A stretch of 64,000 nt of DNA from Oscillospiraceae bacterium (GCA_019424695.1 JAHYZA010000009.1:29085-93084); one strand, 5' to 3'. Counted from the stretch's first letter, positions 38,130-48,904 are shown. Translations and numbers: made by a program. The notes: a model not told the origin generated them from the sequence alone.

Positions 38130-38161
38130 GTGCCCTGTCCTTCGTGGACAGGGCACTTTTT
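38130..38161 (+). terminator. Intrinsic terminator
   Basis: gtgccctgtcc-ttcgt-ggacagggcac-ttttt. Confidence 0.9.
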
Positions 38162-38188
38162 GTATGCCTGTCTATCGGGCGGGACAGG

Positions 38189-38218
38189 CACACAGGGCCT
38201 TCCGGCGGCCATAGTATG
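38189..38218 (+). promoter_or_regulatory. Candidate sigma-K promoter of dpaAB
   Basis: CACA...CATAGTATG matches the sigma-K consensus (AC-16/17 bp-CATAnnnT). Confidence 0.55.
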
Positions 38219-38240
38219 GCCCAGAAGAGGAGGGAGCGCA

Positions 38241-39038
38241 ATGTCCAAAACTTTTTGCGTGGTGGGGTATGATGCCCGCCAGCGGGCGGCGGCCCAGGCG
38301 CTGCGGACGGCCGGCTACCGGGTGGTGGGGCCCGACGCCGCAGGCCAGGCCGATTATGTGCTGCTGCCCATGTCACAGGAGCGCGTCAGCGATGAGGTGG
38401 CGCGCACCTTGCAGGCGGTGCGCCCCGGCACCCTGCTGCTGGCGGGGCGGCCGGGCGCACCCGTTGCGCGGGCTGCACGGGAAGCCAACCTGCCCCTGGT
38501 GGATTATTTCCGCCGCCCGGAACTGGAATGTCTGAACGCAGTACCTACGGCGGAAGGTTGCCTTGCCATGCTGCTGCAACTGCGTCAGCGCACGATCTGG
38601 GAAAGCGACTTCCTGGTGCTGGGCTATGGGCGTGTGGGCCGTGCGGTGGCGCGGCGGCTGGAACTGCTGGGCGGTCATGTTACGGTGGCGGCCCGCAATG
38701 CCGAGCAGCGGGCCAATGCGCGCTGTGCGGGACATCATGCTGCGCCGCTGAGCACGTTGGCCGAGATTCTGCCGGCGTTTGATACCGTCATCAACACCAT
38801 CCCGGCGCTGGTGCTGTCCCGCGCTATGCTGCGGAAGCTGCCGCCGGAAGCGCTTGTCATTGACCTGGCCAGCCGTCCCGGCGGAACGGATTTTGCAGCG
38901 GCGGCGGAACTGGGCATCCGTGCCGAGCACGCCCTGGCGCTGCCGGGAAAATGTGCGCCGCGCACCGCGGGTACGCTGATCGCCCAGACGGTGCTGGCAC
39001 TTTTGGAGGAGAGGGGGACTTCAGATGGCAACCCATAA
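38241..39038 (+). CDS. dpaA: Dipicolinate synthase subunit A
   Basis: 'G.DARQ', 'NAVPTAEG', 'GYGRVG', 'IDLASRPGGTDF', 'LPGK.AP.TAG'. Confidence 0.9.
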   Translation: MSKTFCVVGYDARQRAAAQALRTAGYRVVGPDAAGQADYVLLPMSQERVSDEVARTLQAVRPGTLLLAGRPGAPVARAAREANLPLVDYFRRPELECLNAVPTAEGCLAMLLQLRQRTIWESDFLVLGYGRVGRAVARRLELLGGHVTVAARNAEQRANARCAGHHAAPLSTLAEILPAFDTVINTIPALVLSRAMLRKLPPEALVIDLASRPGGTDFAAAAELGIRAEHALALPGKCAPRTAGTLIAQTVLALLEERGTSDGNP

Positions 39039-39612
39039 GGACGCTTCCCGCACGGTAGCTTTTGCCCTGTGCGGCAGCTTTTGCAGTTTTTCGGCGGTAT
39101 TGCCGCAGATACAGGAACTGCGGCGGCGCGGATGGGAAATTCTGCCCATTCTCAGCGCCAGTGCGGCCAGTCAGGATACCCGTTTCGGCACGGCGGAAAC
39201 GCTGTATGCCACGCTGCGGGAACTGACCGGCCATACACCGCTCACCACTCTGCAGGCGGTGGAGCCGCTGGGGCCGGAACACCGGGCCCGGGCACTGGTC
39301 ATTGCTCCGGCTACCGGCACCACCATGGCGCTGCTGGCGGCCGGTATCAGTTCCACCGCGGTGACGCTGGCCGCCAAGAGCATGCTGCGGGGCGGCTGCC
39401 CCGTGGTGGTGGCGCCGTCCACCAACGACGGCCTTTCCGGCAGTGCTCCGGCCCTGGCGGCCCTGCTGCAGCGCAAACATTACTACTTTGTGCCTTTCGG
39501 ACAGGACGACAGCTATAAGAAACCCAACAGCCTGAAAAGCGATTTCTCCCAGCTGCCCGACACGCTGGAAAGCGCGCTGCGCGGTGTGCAGATACAGCCG
39601 ATGCTGTTGTAA
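39025..39612 (+). CDS. dpaB: Dipicolinate synthase subunit B
   Basis: 'CGSFC', 'DTRFG', 'EPLGP', 'STNDGL', 'YFVPFGQDD..KKPNSL'. Confidence 0.93.
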   Translation: MATHKDASRTVAFALCGSFCSFSAVLPQIQELRRRGWEILPILSASAASQDTRFGTAETLYATLRELTGHTPLTTLQAVEPLGPEHRARALVIAPATGTTMALLAAGISSTAVTLAAKSMLRGGCPVVVAPSTNDGLSGSAPALAALLQRKHYYFVPFGQDDSYKKPNSLKSDFSQLPDTLESALRGVQIQPMLL

Positions 39613-39741
39613 GGCATATCCCGCATCACCGTTCATATATAAGTTAATGAGGAAAAACGGCAAAAGCAGGCCGGCACCGCGCTTCTAAGGGCAGTGCCGT
39701 GTTCTTTTGCTTTTGGGCCGGATTTGGATTGGGGGGCCATC

Positions 39742-41043
39742 ATGCAGACAATCACGATCACCGGCGGGCAGACCCTGCACGGAACCATTCGCCCGGCGGC
39801 TGCCAAAAACAGCGTGCTGCCGCTGCTGGCGGCCACCCTTTTGTGTGTGGGGCCCTGCTGCCTGCGCGATGTGCCGGACCTGGCCGATGTGGATACCAGT
39901 CTGGCTCTGCTGCAGGCGGTGGGTGCCCGGGCGGTGCGCCATGGGCCGGATCTCTGCACACTGCCGGCGGCGGTGACGGACCTGTGCGGCGAAATTCCGC
40001 CCCATCTGGCAGGTGCCATGCGCAGTTCGGTGTTTTATCTGGCGCCGCTGCTGTGCCGCACCGGTATGGTACGGCTGCCGCTGCCCGGCGGCTGCCGGCT
40101 GGGCCCGCGTCCGGTGGATATTCACCTGGCCGGTCTGGCGGCGATGGGCGCCAAGGTGGAACTGGAGGGGGAAGCTGTCACGCTGCGGCGCTTCGGCCCT
40201 CTGCAAGGGGTGGATTTTACGCTGCGCCTGCCCAGCGTGGGCGCTACGATGACGCTGCTGATGGCGGCCTGCTGTGCTATGGGCACGACGGTGCTGCGCG
40301 GAGTCGCCTGTGAACCGGAGATCTGTGATCTGGTAGGATTTCTGCGCGGTTGCGGCGCACAGATCACAGGGGAGGGAACGCCGGTCCTTGTGGTGCAGGG
40401 CCGCCGGGCGCTGGGGGGCATCTCGTATACGCCGCTGCCGGACCGGATCGCCGCGGCCACCTATGCGGCGGCGCTGGCGGCTGCCGGCGGGCAGATCACG
40501 GTGGCAGGATGCGCTCCGAAATACTACCAGGCATTTTTACAGTTTTTGCAAGCCTGCGGCGTGCAGGTCAGACCGGGGAAAAACTGCGTGGAACTTGCAC
40601 GGGATCCTTCCCGGAGGCTGCACGGCGGACAGCATCTCTACGCCAATGCCTGGCCGGCTTTTGCGACCGACACCGCCCCCCTGGCGGCAGCGGTGCTGCT
40701 CGAGGCGGATGCGCCCAGCGAAATCTATGACCATCTGTTTGCCAACCGGTTTGCCTGCGCGGCGGGGTTTGCTGCCATGGGGGCGGATTGCAGGGCAGAG
40801 GGACGGCATCTTTACATCGCGGGCAATGCCGGGCTGCAGGCGGCGGCTGTGCAGGCGCCGGACCTGCGCGGCGGCGCGGCGCTGCTGGTGGCGGCGCTGG
40901 CGGCCCGGGGAACCAGCGTGGTGTATGACCCGGGGCACATCCACCGGGGGTATGCCGATCTGCCGGCGGAACTGGCCGGGTTGGGCGCGCAATGTGCCGT
41001 CTCCCGCCAGGGGATACCGAACCGGGAAAAAGCGAACGGATAA
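39742..41043 (+). CDS. murA: UDP-N-acetylglucosamine 1-carboxyvinyltransferase (divergent MurA)
   Basis: 'AKNS', 'MRSS', 'LPGGCRLGPRPVDIH' (catalytic Cys kept), 'SVGAT', 'EPEI', 'DLRGG', 'RGY'. Confidence 0.88.
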   Translation: MQTITITGGQTLHGTIRPAAAKNSVLPLLAATLLCVGPCCLRDVPDLADVDTSLALLQAVGARAVRHGPDLCTLPAAVTDLCGEIPPHLAGAMRSSVFYLAPLLCRTGMVRLPLPGGCRLGPRPVDIHLAGLAAMGAKVELEGEAVTLRRFGPLQGVDFTLRLPSVGATMTLLMAACCAMGTTVLRGVACEPEICDLVGFLRGCGAQITGEGTPVLVVQGRRALGGISYTPLPDRIAAATYAAALAAAGGQITVAGCAPKYYQAFLQFLQACGVQVRPGKNCVELARDPSRRLHGGQHLYANAWPAFATDTAPLAAAVLLEADAPSEIYDHLFANRFACAAGFAAMGADCRAEGRHLYIAGNAGLQAAAVQAPDLRGGAALLVAALAARGTSVVYDPGHIHRGYADLPAELAGLGAQCAVSRQGIPNREKANG

Positions 41044-41272
41044 AATTCTACATTTGTGCCAAAATAAATCGCCCGACCGCCCCCTACGGTTGGTACATTC
41101 GGTGCCCTGACGGGCATTTTTTACGAATTTTCCCCACAGGTATTGAAATCGGGGCGAAAATTTGTTATTCTAATAATCGGTTATATGCAAAAAATTCACG
41201 GACCAGTGTGCCCATTTCGGTGGTGTGACCTGCAGGTCCGCTGACACTTTTACATTTTAGGGGGATACACTC

Positions 41273-42493
<1,221 letters not shown>

Positions 42494-42529
42494 TTTCTTC
42501 GATTTTGCCGCGAGAGGATGTAAAACGCC

Positions 42530-43540
42530 ATGCCTTCTGAAGCCAAGAACATACAGGAACAGGGATTCCGTTCCAGTCTGTTCGGATTTGATAAGAACGA
42601 TGTGCTGGCGTACATGAATGCGTTGGCGGATGAAGCCCAGCAGCATGAAATGGAATACGAGCAGAAGCTGCGCCGGGTGCAGTCGGAACTGGAGACCCTG
42701 CGCAGTCAGCGTGAGGATGTGGATGCCCGCATGAAGGCACTGCAGGCCGAGGCGACTGCTGCAAACCAGCGGGCCGAAACGGCGGAAACCAAGCGCCGTG
42801 AAGGGGAAGAGCAGCTGGAAACGCTGCAGAAACAGCTGGATACATACCAGTCCGGCCAGAAGGAGAGCCAGAAGAACGCGAATATCTGGCAGCTGAAATG
42901 CCACGATCTGCAGCAGCAGGTGGAAGACCTGCAAAAGCAGCTTGCGGCAGCCAGACAGGCCGGTTCTGCAGCAGCGCCTACACCCGATGCCGTGCGGGAA
43001 GCACGACTGGAAGCGCGCAAGATTCTTTCCGATGCCAAGCTCTATGCCGAGAGCGCCGAAAAGGAGCTCAAGCAGCAGGCCGACACCCAGAAGAGCCGTA
43101 TGGCGGAAAACGCCCGGGGCATTGCTGCCGGTGTCATGCTGGTGCGGGATCGTCTGGCCCGTGTGGACCAGCGCCTGAGTGCCGCTACCCTGGATCTGGA
43201 TGGTCTGACCCAGGCCATTTATCAGGCGCTGGATGATACCGAGGCGGAGCTCAAGGAACTGGGCACCGAAATGCGGGATTTTGCCCAGGGAACGCCGGAA
43301 TGGACCGATCCGAAACCGCTGGCGGTCTCCGCTGCCCCACAGGAACCGGCTCCTGCCAGACAGCAGGCCACGCCGCAGTTCCGGGTCAAAGCAACGGCCC
43401 AGCCGCTGCGCAGCCATCGCAATCCGACGCCGAACCAGAGCAAACCGGCCGGAAGCCGCCGGCTGCGCAATGCCCATCATCCGGTTTCGCAGCTGTTGCA
43501 GAACGAGATCGACAAGATCGACGATCAGAACAAAAAATAA
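42530..43540 (+). CDS. DivIVA-like coiled-coil protein
   Basis: N-terminal 'FRSSLFGFDKNDVLAYM' resembles the DivIVA membrane-binding domain; long coiled coil with 'EARKILSDA'; lies downstream of ftsZ. Confidence 0.7.
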   Translation: MPSEAKNIQEQGFRSSLFGFDKNDVLAYMNALADEAQQHEMEYEQKLRRVQSELETLRSQREDVDARMKALQAEATAANQRAETAETKRREGEEQLETLQKQLDTYQSGQKESQKNANIWQLKCHDLQQQVEDLQKQLAAARQAGSAAAPTPDAVREARLEARKILSDAKLYAESAEKELKQQADTQKSRMAENARGIAAGVMLVRDRLARVDQRLSAATLDLDGLTQAIYQALDDTEAELKELGTEMRDFAQGTPEWTDPKPLAVSAAPQEPAPARQQATPQFRVKATAQPLRSHRNPTPNQSKPAGSRRLRNAHHPVSQLLQNEIDKIDDQNKK

Positions 43541-43550
43541 AAGTTTGTAC

Positions 43551-43589
43551 ACAGCCGTCCCGGCGTTTGGCCGGGACGGCTGTTTTTTT
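43551..43589 (+). terminator. Intrinsic terminator
   Basis: acagccgtcccggc-gtttg-gccgggacggctgt-tttttt. Confidence 0.9.
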
Positions 43590-43674
43590 GTAGAAAAAAG
43601 CAGTGTCGGTGTAAGAATGCCTTACCGGAATTTGTTTACCAAGGTGAAAGGAATACAACAAAGGAGGAGATGCA

Positions 43675-44229
43675 ATGCAAAACACCGGCACACCCGGTCT
43701 GGCACAGGCCATCCTGTCCGACCCGGAAACCGGCCTGCGTTGGGCCATGCGGGATTATGCCGCGCTGGTGCGGGGCGTCTTGCGCCGCGTTCTGCCCGGC
43801 AAGGAACGGGATGTGGAAGAATGTATGGCAGATGTCTTTGTGGCGCTGTGGCGCAACGCCCGGACACTGCAGGAAAGAAACATTCCGGTGCGCGCGTGGC
43901 TGATCGTGACGGCGCGCAATGCCGGTATCAACCGGTACCGTACCTTGCAGCGGCGGGAGGAACTGCCGTTGACGGAAGAGGTGTTGCAGACGCTGGCGGA
44001 CCTGCCTGTCGACCCGGAAAGCGATGCCGCCGAACGGGTAGGGGCCTTGGTGGCAGCGATGGAACCGCCGGACCGGGACATCTTTCTGCGGAAATATTAT
44101 CTGTTGCAATCCAGCCGGGAAATCGCGGCGGCCCTGGGTCTGAGCGTGGCCAACGTCAATACCCGTTTATCCCGCGGCCGGGAACGGCTGCGCCGACAAC
44201 TGCGTGAAGGAGGAATCACTCATGCGTAA
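43675..44229 (+). CDS. ECF RNA polymerase sigma factor
   Basis: Region 2 'DVEECMADVFVALW...AWLIVTARN', region 4 'REIAAALGLSVANVNTRLSRGR'; AAGGAGG RBS. Confidence 0.93.
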   Translation: MQNTGTPGLAQAILSDPETGLRWAMRDYAALVRGVLRRVLPGKERDVEECMADVFVALWRNARTLQERNIPVRAWLIVTARNAGINRYRTLQRREELPLTEEVLQTLADLPVDPESDAAERVGALVAAMEPPDRDIFLRKYYLLQSSREIAAALGLSVANVNTRLSRGRERLRRQLREGGITHA

Positions 44230-45376
44230 CCAAGACGATCTGATGCGCCAATTGGACCATCTGTCCACCGATGATGCGCCGCTGACCGACGCAGAGCTGG
44301 AACGTCTGACGCAGGCGGTTCTGGAGCGCACCGGGCAGAAAAAGGCGGAGAACAGGCAGAAGAAGCCCCGGCACGGCTGGCCTGTATGGAGCCGAGTGGC
44401 CGTCAGCGGAGCGGCCTGCGCCGTGCTGCTGGCAGGGCTGAATGGCATCAACCCGGCTCTCGCGGAAGAGCTGCCGCTCCTGGGAAATGTGTTTGCCTAT
44501 ATCAACAGCCTGTCCAAGACGCCGCTGCGAAGCGAGCAGCTTGCCGAATATGCCCAGCCCGTTCAGCTGCAGGCGGAATCCTCCCCCGAAGCCGCAGAGG
44601 CTCAACAGCAGGATGCCTCGGCGCAGCCTTACACCCTCACACTCAGCCAGATTTACTGTGACGAATTGTATCTGCGTGTGGGCCTGGTGCTGACAGCCGA
44701 AGATGACAGCCTTGCAAATTTTGAGGCCGTTACCATCGACCCGCCTATGCTGTACGAGGATACCCCTGAGGCGCAGGCCAATACGTTGTACGGTGGCATC
44801 ACGTTGAACGGGACCCCTGTCAGCGGTGATCTGTTGCCCTGTTTCCGCAAGCAGGACGACAGGACCTTCCTCTGCGAGATGGACTACAGCCTGGCAAATT
44901 ATACCGGCGACACACAGGAGATGCAGGCATCGCTGACCTTCTCCCATCTGGTGGGGGTGAACAGGGGAGACGGCGCTGTGGGTTCCGAGCAGGAAACACC
45001 GCTGGATGGAATCTACGCGCTGAACTTTACGGTTTCGGCGGATGCCTCCCTTACCCGTCAGGGAACTTTTTCGGAAGAAACCCAGAACGGCATCACACTG
45101 AAGGGGGTTGCTGTCACCCCCGGCGAAACCTGTGTGACATATTCCTGGGATTCGTCGGTGCCTGCGTCGGTAAGCCCGGCACTGCAGGTGTTTACTGCTG
45201 ACGGAAACCGGCTGCAGGCGGCCAATGGTACACGCAACGAGGAGGGAGATGCCGTTACCCTTTGCGAGTATTTCGACGCAGTACCCGAGGGTGTGACGGC
45301 GCTCACGGTTCGGGTGGTGGACAAGAACAGCGAGGCACTGACAAGGTTGGCCGAGTGGACCGTAACGCTGCCCTGA
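44222..45376 (+). CDS. Putative anti-sigma factor (DUF4179-like, single TM)
   Basis: Overlaps the ECF gene; short cytoplasmic N-terminus, TM, 'PALAEELPLLGNVF' and extracellular beta domains. Confidence 0.75.
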   Translation: MRNQDDLMRQLDHLSTDDAPLTDAELERLTQAVLERTGQKKAENRQKKPRHGWPVWSRVAVSGAACAVLLAGLNGINPALAEELPLLGNVFAYINSLSKTPLRSEQLAEYAQPVQLQAESSPEAAEAQQQDASAQPYTLTLSQIYCDELYLRVGLVLTAEDDSLANFEAVTIDPPMLYEDTPEAQANTLYGGITLNGTPVSGDLLPCFRKQDDRTFLCEMDYSLANYTGDTQEMQASLTFSHLVGVNRGDGAVGSEQETPLDGIYALNFTVSADASLTRQGTFSEETQNGITLKGVAVTPGETCVTYSWDSSVPASVSPALQVFTADGNRLQAANGTRNEEGDAVTLCEYFDAVPEGVTALTVRVVDKNSEALTRLAEWTVTLP

Positions 45377-45386
45377 GCGTAAAACA

Positions 45387-45421
45387 AAAAATGTCCCGCC
45401 GGATTCCCGGCGGGACATTTT
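45387..45421. terminator. Bidirectional terminator
   Basis: aaaaatgtcccgccgg-attc-ccggcgggacatttt. Confidence 0.9.
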
Positions 45422-45430
45422 CACTTTGGC

Positions 45431-46033
45431 TTATTTGCTTTTGGGGTGCCCGTTCTCCACGTTGCTGGTGCCCTGCTCCATCAGATAGGTGGCAGTCAGG
45501 TCGGCAATGTGCAGTTTCACGGCCAGCGGATAGCTGTTGTAGGCGTCACTGACGGCAAAACTGCCGCCGCGCACGGCGTCGTCAAAGCCACCCATGTGCC
45601 AGCGGATTGCCACCGCCTCGGCAGTTTTCAGCCGCATGAAGTGCTCAATGAGGTATACGCTCTTTTCACCATGGCCGTAGGGGAGCTGGTCGGCTACCTG
45701 ATAGTAGGGCACCTTCTCCCACTGGCCGGTGGCGTCGTTCTTCACGTTGCGGGTGCTGACCTTGTAGAAGTTGGCCTTGCACAGGTCGTGCAGCAATCCG
45801 CAGATCGCGTAGCTTTCGGCGCTTTCTCCTTCCGTGAAGAAGTGCTGCATCATCGCCTGGTATACGTTGATGCTGTGCATCACAAGGCCGTATTCACAGG
45901 CGCCGTGGAACCGGGTTGAAGCCGGTGCGGTAAAAAAATCCGTGGTCTCCAGCCAGTTCAGCAGCCGGTCGGCGCCGGGGCGGGTGATGTTCTTGTTATA
46001 GATCTCCACAAACTGAGCGTGGTAGTCTTCCAT
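45431..46033 (-). CDS. HD-domain phosphohydrolase
   Basis: 'FFTAPASTRFH', 'HS', 'LLHDLCK', 'GHGEKS', 'IRWHMG', 'IAD'. Confidence 0.88.
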   Translation of the reverse strand: MEDYHAQFVEIYNKNITRPGADRLLNWLETTDFFTAPASTRFHGACEYGLVMHSINVYQAMMQHFFTEGESAESYAICGLLHDLCKANFYKVSTRNVKNDATGQWEKVPYYQVADQLPYGHGEKSVYLIEHFMRLKTAEAVAIRWHMGGFDDAVRGGSFAVSDAYNSYPLAVKLHIADLTATYLMEQGTSNVENGHPKSK

Positions 46034-46040
46034 AAAGACC

Positions 46041-46262
46041 TCACAGTTCCATGTCGTTCAGGATATCCCGCAGCGTTTTCAGCTCCTCAGCCGTCAGGCT
46101 GATGCCCTTGGCCATGCGGCTGCCGTCCGGGGACCAGTCGCGAATATCGTATTTCGGCGCGTTGCCGTTCCAGCTGATCATATTCAGCTGGCGCTCCCAG
46201 CCGCGTGCGTTGGTCGAGAGCACAGCAATGCGCTCGGTAATTTCATAGGTGAATTCTGCCAT
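46041..46262 (-). CDS. YdbC/PC4-like ssDNA-binding protein
   Basis: 'GW.RQLNMISWNG..PKYDIRDW...MAKGISL'. Confidence 0.9.
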   Translation of the reverse strand: MAEFTYEITERIAVLSTNARGWERQLNMISWNGNAPKYDIRDWSPDGSRMAKGISLTAEELKTLRDILNDMEL

Positions 46263-46355
46263 ACTTCACAGGCTCCTCTCATAATAATAGAATGTCTTGC
46301 AACATCATAGCCGATTCCTGGCCAAAATGCAAGACCAAACTGCGGTAAAGCATAT

Positions 46356-47297
46356 TCAGTCATCCACACGGACGGCCAGCAGGGCAAAGCGGGCGTCGGT
46401 AGCGGGGGAGGTATCGCCGCAGGTGGAAAGGGTAAGCAACTGCTGTCCGTATTCCGGGATGACGCCGGTGTCGTACAGCGACAGTTCCGTAATGGCGTCC
46501 ACACGCTTCTGCCATTCCAGTTTGGTATCAGCGTCAAAGAAAGTGTAGTAGGGAAGCTCGTCGGCTCCCAGTGCGGTGTCCAAAGCGGCCACGACCTGCC
46601 AGGTGCCCGTTTCATAGAGGGTGTCAAAGGTGAAGGTCGGGTGCGCCTGCCAGAAACTCTTGTCACGGTACCGCGTCAGCTCGCCGAACATCGAGCCGTC
46701 AGCCATGTTGTGCCCGTAAATCAGCCAGTTGGCGGTGGAATCGTCCGGGGTAAGGGAGCAACGCTCGTCCAGAAACAGGGTGCCGCCGGTGGCATACAAT
46801 CCGTCAAAGCCGCGGCGAAGATAGTATTCATTGTCGCCGGGGGTCTGCACCACGGGCAGATCCATGTCGGTGCCGCCGATGCGCAGCCAACCCACCATGT
46901 CGGGATTCCGGGCGTACAGGGCACGGTATTGCGGCAGGACCTGGGCAGCCTGCTCCGGCGCCGGTGTGGCGGCGGTCTCCGGTGTGCGGCGGGCTGCCGC
47001 ATCCGCCGCTTCGGTCTGGGCCAGGGCATCCCGGGTGGCTGCCAGCGGTGCCACGGTTACGCGGCCGGATTCGGCAGTCGCCGGGACCACACTTTCAGAA
47101 ACCGGCGGCGGTGGGGCGGGCTGGCCGCCGTGAAATACCGTCTGACGCACCAACAGGGCCGCGGCCAGAGTCAGGGCAAGCACCCCGCCGAAGCGAAGCC
47201 AACGGGCGTGGCGGCGCTGGCGGGCGCGCAGCCCGGTGCGGGCGGCAAAGGGGTAGTATGCCGTATCACCGCGCAGCCTGCGGTAACGTTTGGCCAT
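46356..47297 (-). CDS. srtB: Class B sortase (second copy)
   Basis: Basic N-terminus, TM, 'NPDMVGWL', 'IYGHNM..GSMFG', 'TLSTC' and Arg in 'ARFAL'; AAGGAG RBS. Confidence 0.9.
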   Translation of the reverse strand: MAKRYRRLRGDTAYYPFAARTGLRARQRRHARWLRFGGVLALTLAAALLVRQTVFHGGQPAPPPPVSESVVPATAESGRVTVAPLAATRDALAQTEAADAAARRTPETAATPAPEQAAQVLPQYRALYARNPDMVGWLRIGGTDMDLPVVQTPGDNEYYLRRGFDGLYATGGTLFLDERCSLTPDDSTANWLIYGHNMADGSMFGELTRYRDKSFWQAHPTFTFDTLYETGTWQVVAALDTALGADELPYYTFFDADTKLEWQKRVDAITELSLYDTGVIPEYGQQLLTLSTCGDTSPATDARFALLAVRVDD

Positions 47298-47333
47298 GGG
47301 GTACGACTCCTTTCGGCAAATTGTGCGGGAAAT

Positions 47334-47356
47334 AAAAAAACGCCCCGCAGGGCGTT
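47334..47356 (-). terminator. Intrinsic terminator between the small lipoprotein gene and the sortase
   Basis: Minus strand reads aacgccc-tgcg-gggcg-ttttttt. Confidence 0.75.
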
Positions 47357-47360
47357 GCAA

Positions 47361-47699
47361 TCATATCTTGCGAAGCATCAGCAGACCGGCAGAACAAATC
47401 AGGATCAGGCCCACGATACCGGCTAGATACAAAACCGGGAAATCTCCGGTGGCGGGGGTGTCGGCGGTTACCGGCTGCGCCGTGGAAGAAGGCGTCTGAC
47501 TGCTTTGTGCGGTGACGACATCCACTTTGGCAGCTGTTTCATTGACCTTCACGCTTTCACTGGTCTGCTGGGTGCGGGAGGTGGAGCTGGTAGGGGTGGC
47601 GGTGGCCTGGGCTGCAGAACGTCCGTTGTTCAGCACCCCGCAGGCGGCCAGCAAAGCCACAAGTGCGATAAAAAAGGCCGCACAGAAAAAGCGTTTCAA
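47361..47699 (-). CDS. 112-aa protein with lipoprotein signal (LAAC) and C-terminal sortase sorting signal (TPATG-TM-RK)
   Basis: TTG start after TAAGGAGG; lipobox Cys20; Ser/Thr-rich linker; TPATG at residues 81-85 (47459-47445), then a hydrophobic helix and RK tail; has its own promoter and terminator. Confidence 0.85.
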   Translation of the reverse strand: MKRFFCAAFFIALVALLAACGVLNNGRSAAQATATPTSSTSRTQQTSESVKVNETAAKVDVVTAQSSQTPSSTAQPVTADTPATGDFPVLYLAGIVGLILICSAGLLMLRKI

Positions 47700-47782
47700 C
47701 GCGAAAACGCCTCCTTACAGTATGGTTCAAAACTGAATATTACAAGACGGTACACACAGCCGTCGACATTTACACTGCGTAT

Positions 47783-47811
47783 ATTGTATCATATGACTTC
47801 GCCGGCGTCAA
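47783..47811 (-). promoter_or_regulatory. Sigma-A promoter of the lipoprotein/sortase locus
   Basis: Minus strand TTGACG-17 bp-TACAAT with extended -10 (TGn). Confidence 0.8.
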
Positions 47812-47887
47812 GCGTTCGTAAACAAAAGGTAACAAACTGGAAACAATTTCCCGGGTGGAACGTACGCGCCCGGGACGGATTTTCCCC

Positions 47888-47916
47888 TTGCGCTGCGGAA
47901 ACAAATGCGTTATAAT
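47888..47916 (+). promoter_or_regulatory. Sigma-A promoter of the rml operon
   Basis: TTGCGC-17 bp-TATAAT. Confidence 0.7.
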
Positions 47917-48008
47917 AACTTCAATATTGTGTGAGATTATGCCCCAATGGGGACCACCCGTGGGATGGGCGGCGCGCACTGTCAAATTCAGCATAAGGAG
48001 TTGTAACG

Positions 48009-48893
48009 ATGAAAGGGATTATCCTTGCCGGCGGTGCCGGCACAAGACTCTACCCATTGACGATGGTAACCTCGAAACAGCTGCTGCCTGTGTATGATAA
48101 GCCGATGATCTACTATCCGCTGTCGACGCTGATGTTGGCGGGCATCCAGGATATTTTGATCATCTCTACCCCGACTGACACCCCGCGCTTTGAAGCACTG
48201 CTGGGCGATGGAAGTCAGTACGGTCTGCATCTGCAGTACAAGGTACAGCCCAGCCCGGACGGCCTCGCCCAGGCGTTCCTGCTGGGAGAGGAGTTCATCG
48301 ACGGTGACTGCTGCGCGATGGTCCTTGGCGACAACATCTTCTATGGCGCCGGTTTCTCCAAGCGCCTGAAGGCGGCCGCCGCCAATGCCGAGGCGGGCCG
48401 CAGCACGGTGTTCGGCTATTACGTCAATGACCCCGAGCGCTTCGGCGTTGTCTCTTTCGACAAAGAGGGACGGGCCACGTCCATTGAAGAAAAGCCTGAG
48501 CATCCCAAGAGTAACTATGCGGTCACCGGTCTGTATTTCTACAATAAGGATGTTGTGGAGATGGCCAAGCAGGTCAAGCCCAGTGCCCGCGGCGAGCTGG
48601 AGATCACCACGCTCAACGGGATGTATCTGGCCGAGGGCAAGCTGGACGTGCAGCTGCTCGGCCGCGGCTATGCCTGGTTGGATACCGGTACGATGGACTC
48701 TCTGGTGGAGGCTGCCACCTTCGTGCAGACGGTGGAACAGCGCCAGGGCATCAAGATCTCGGCTCCCGAGGAGATCGCTTACAAATACGGCTGGATCAGC
48801 AAGGAAAAATTGCTGGAGAGCGCCGCACGGTACGGCAAATCTCCCTATGGCCAGCATCTGAAAAATGTTGCCGACGATAAGTTGCTGTACTGA
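48009..48893 (+). CDS. rmlA: Glucose-1-phosphate thymidylyltransferase
   Basis: '[14 protein letters not shown]', '[12 protein letters not shown]', 'SARGELEIT', 'WLDTGT'. Confidence 0.97.
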   Translation: MKGIILAGGAGTRLYPLTMVTSKQLLPVYDKPMIYYPLSTLMLAGIQDILIISTPTDTPRFEALLGDGSQYGLHLQYKVQPSPDGLAQAFLLGEEFIDGDCCAMVLGDNIFYGAGFSKRLKAAAANAEAGRSTVFGYYVNDPERFGVVSFDKEGRATSIEEKPEHPKSNYAVTGLYFYNKDVVEMAKQVKPSARGELEITTLNGMYLAEGKLDVQLLGRGYAWLDTGTMDSLVEAATFVQTVEQRQGIKISAPEEIAYKYGWISKEKLLESAARYGKSPYGQHLKNVADDKLLY

Positions 48894-48904
48894 GAGGATT
48901 TGCG

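Noticed and set aside
39742..41043. murA as a further pseudoenzyme
   Set aside because: The Lys22, Arg91, Cys115, Arg120, Asp305 and Arg397 equivalents appear retained, so it is treated as divergent but likely active.
43609..43637. TGTAAG...TTGTTT as an autoregulatory ECF promoter
   Set aside because: Plausible position, but too weak a match to call without orthologue alignment.
45431..46262. HD hydrolase plus PC4-like pair as a defence or toxin-antitoxin system
   Set aside because: Host-like composition, no mobile or defence context, and both look like ordinary housekeeping families.
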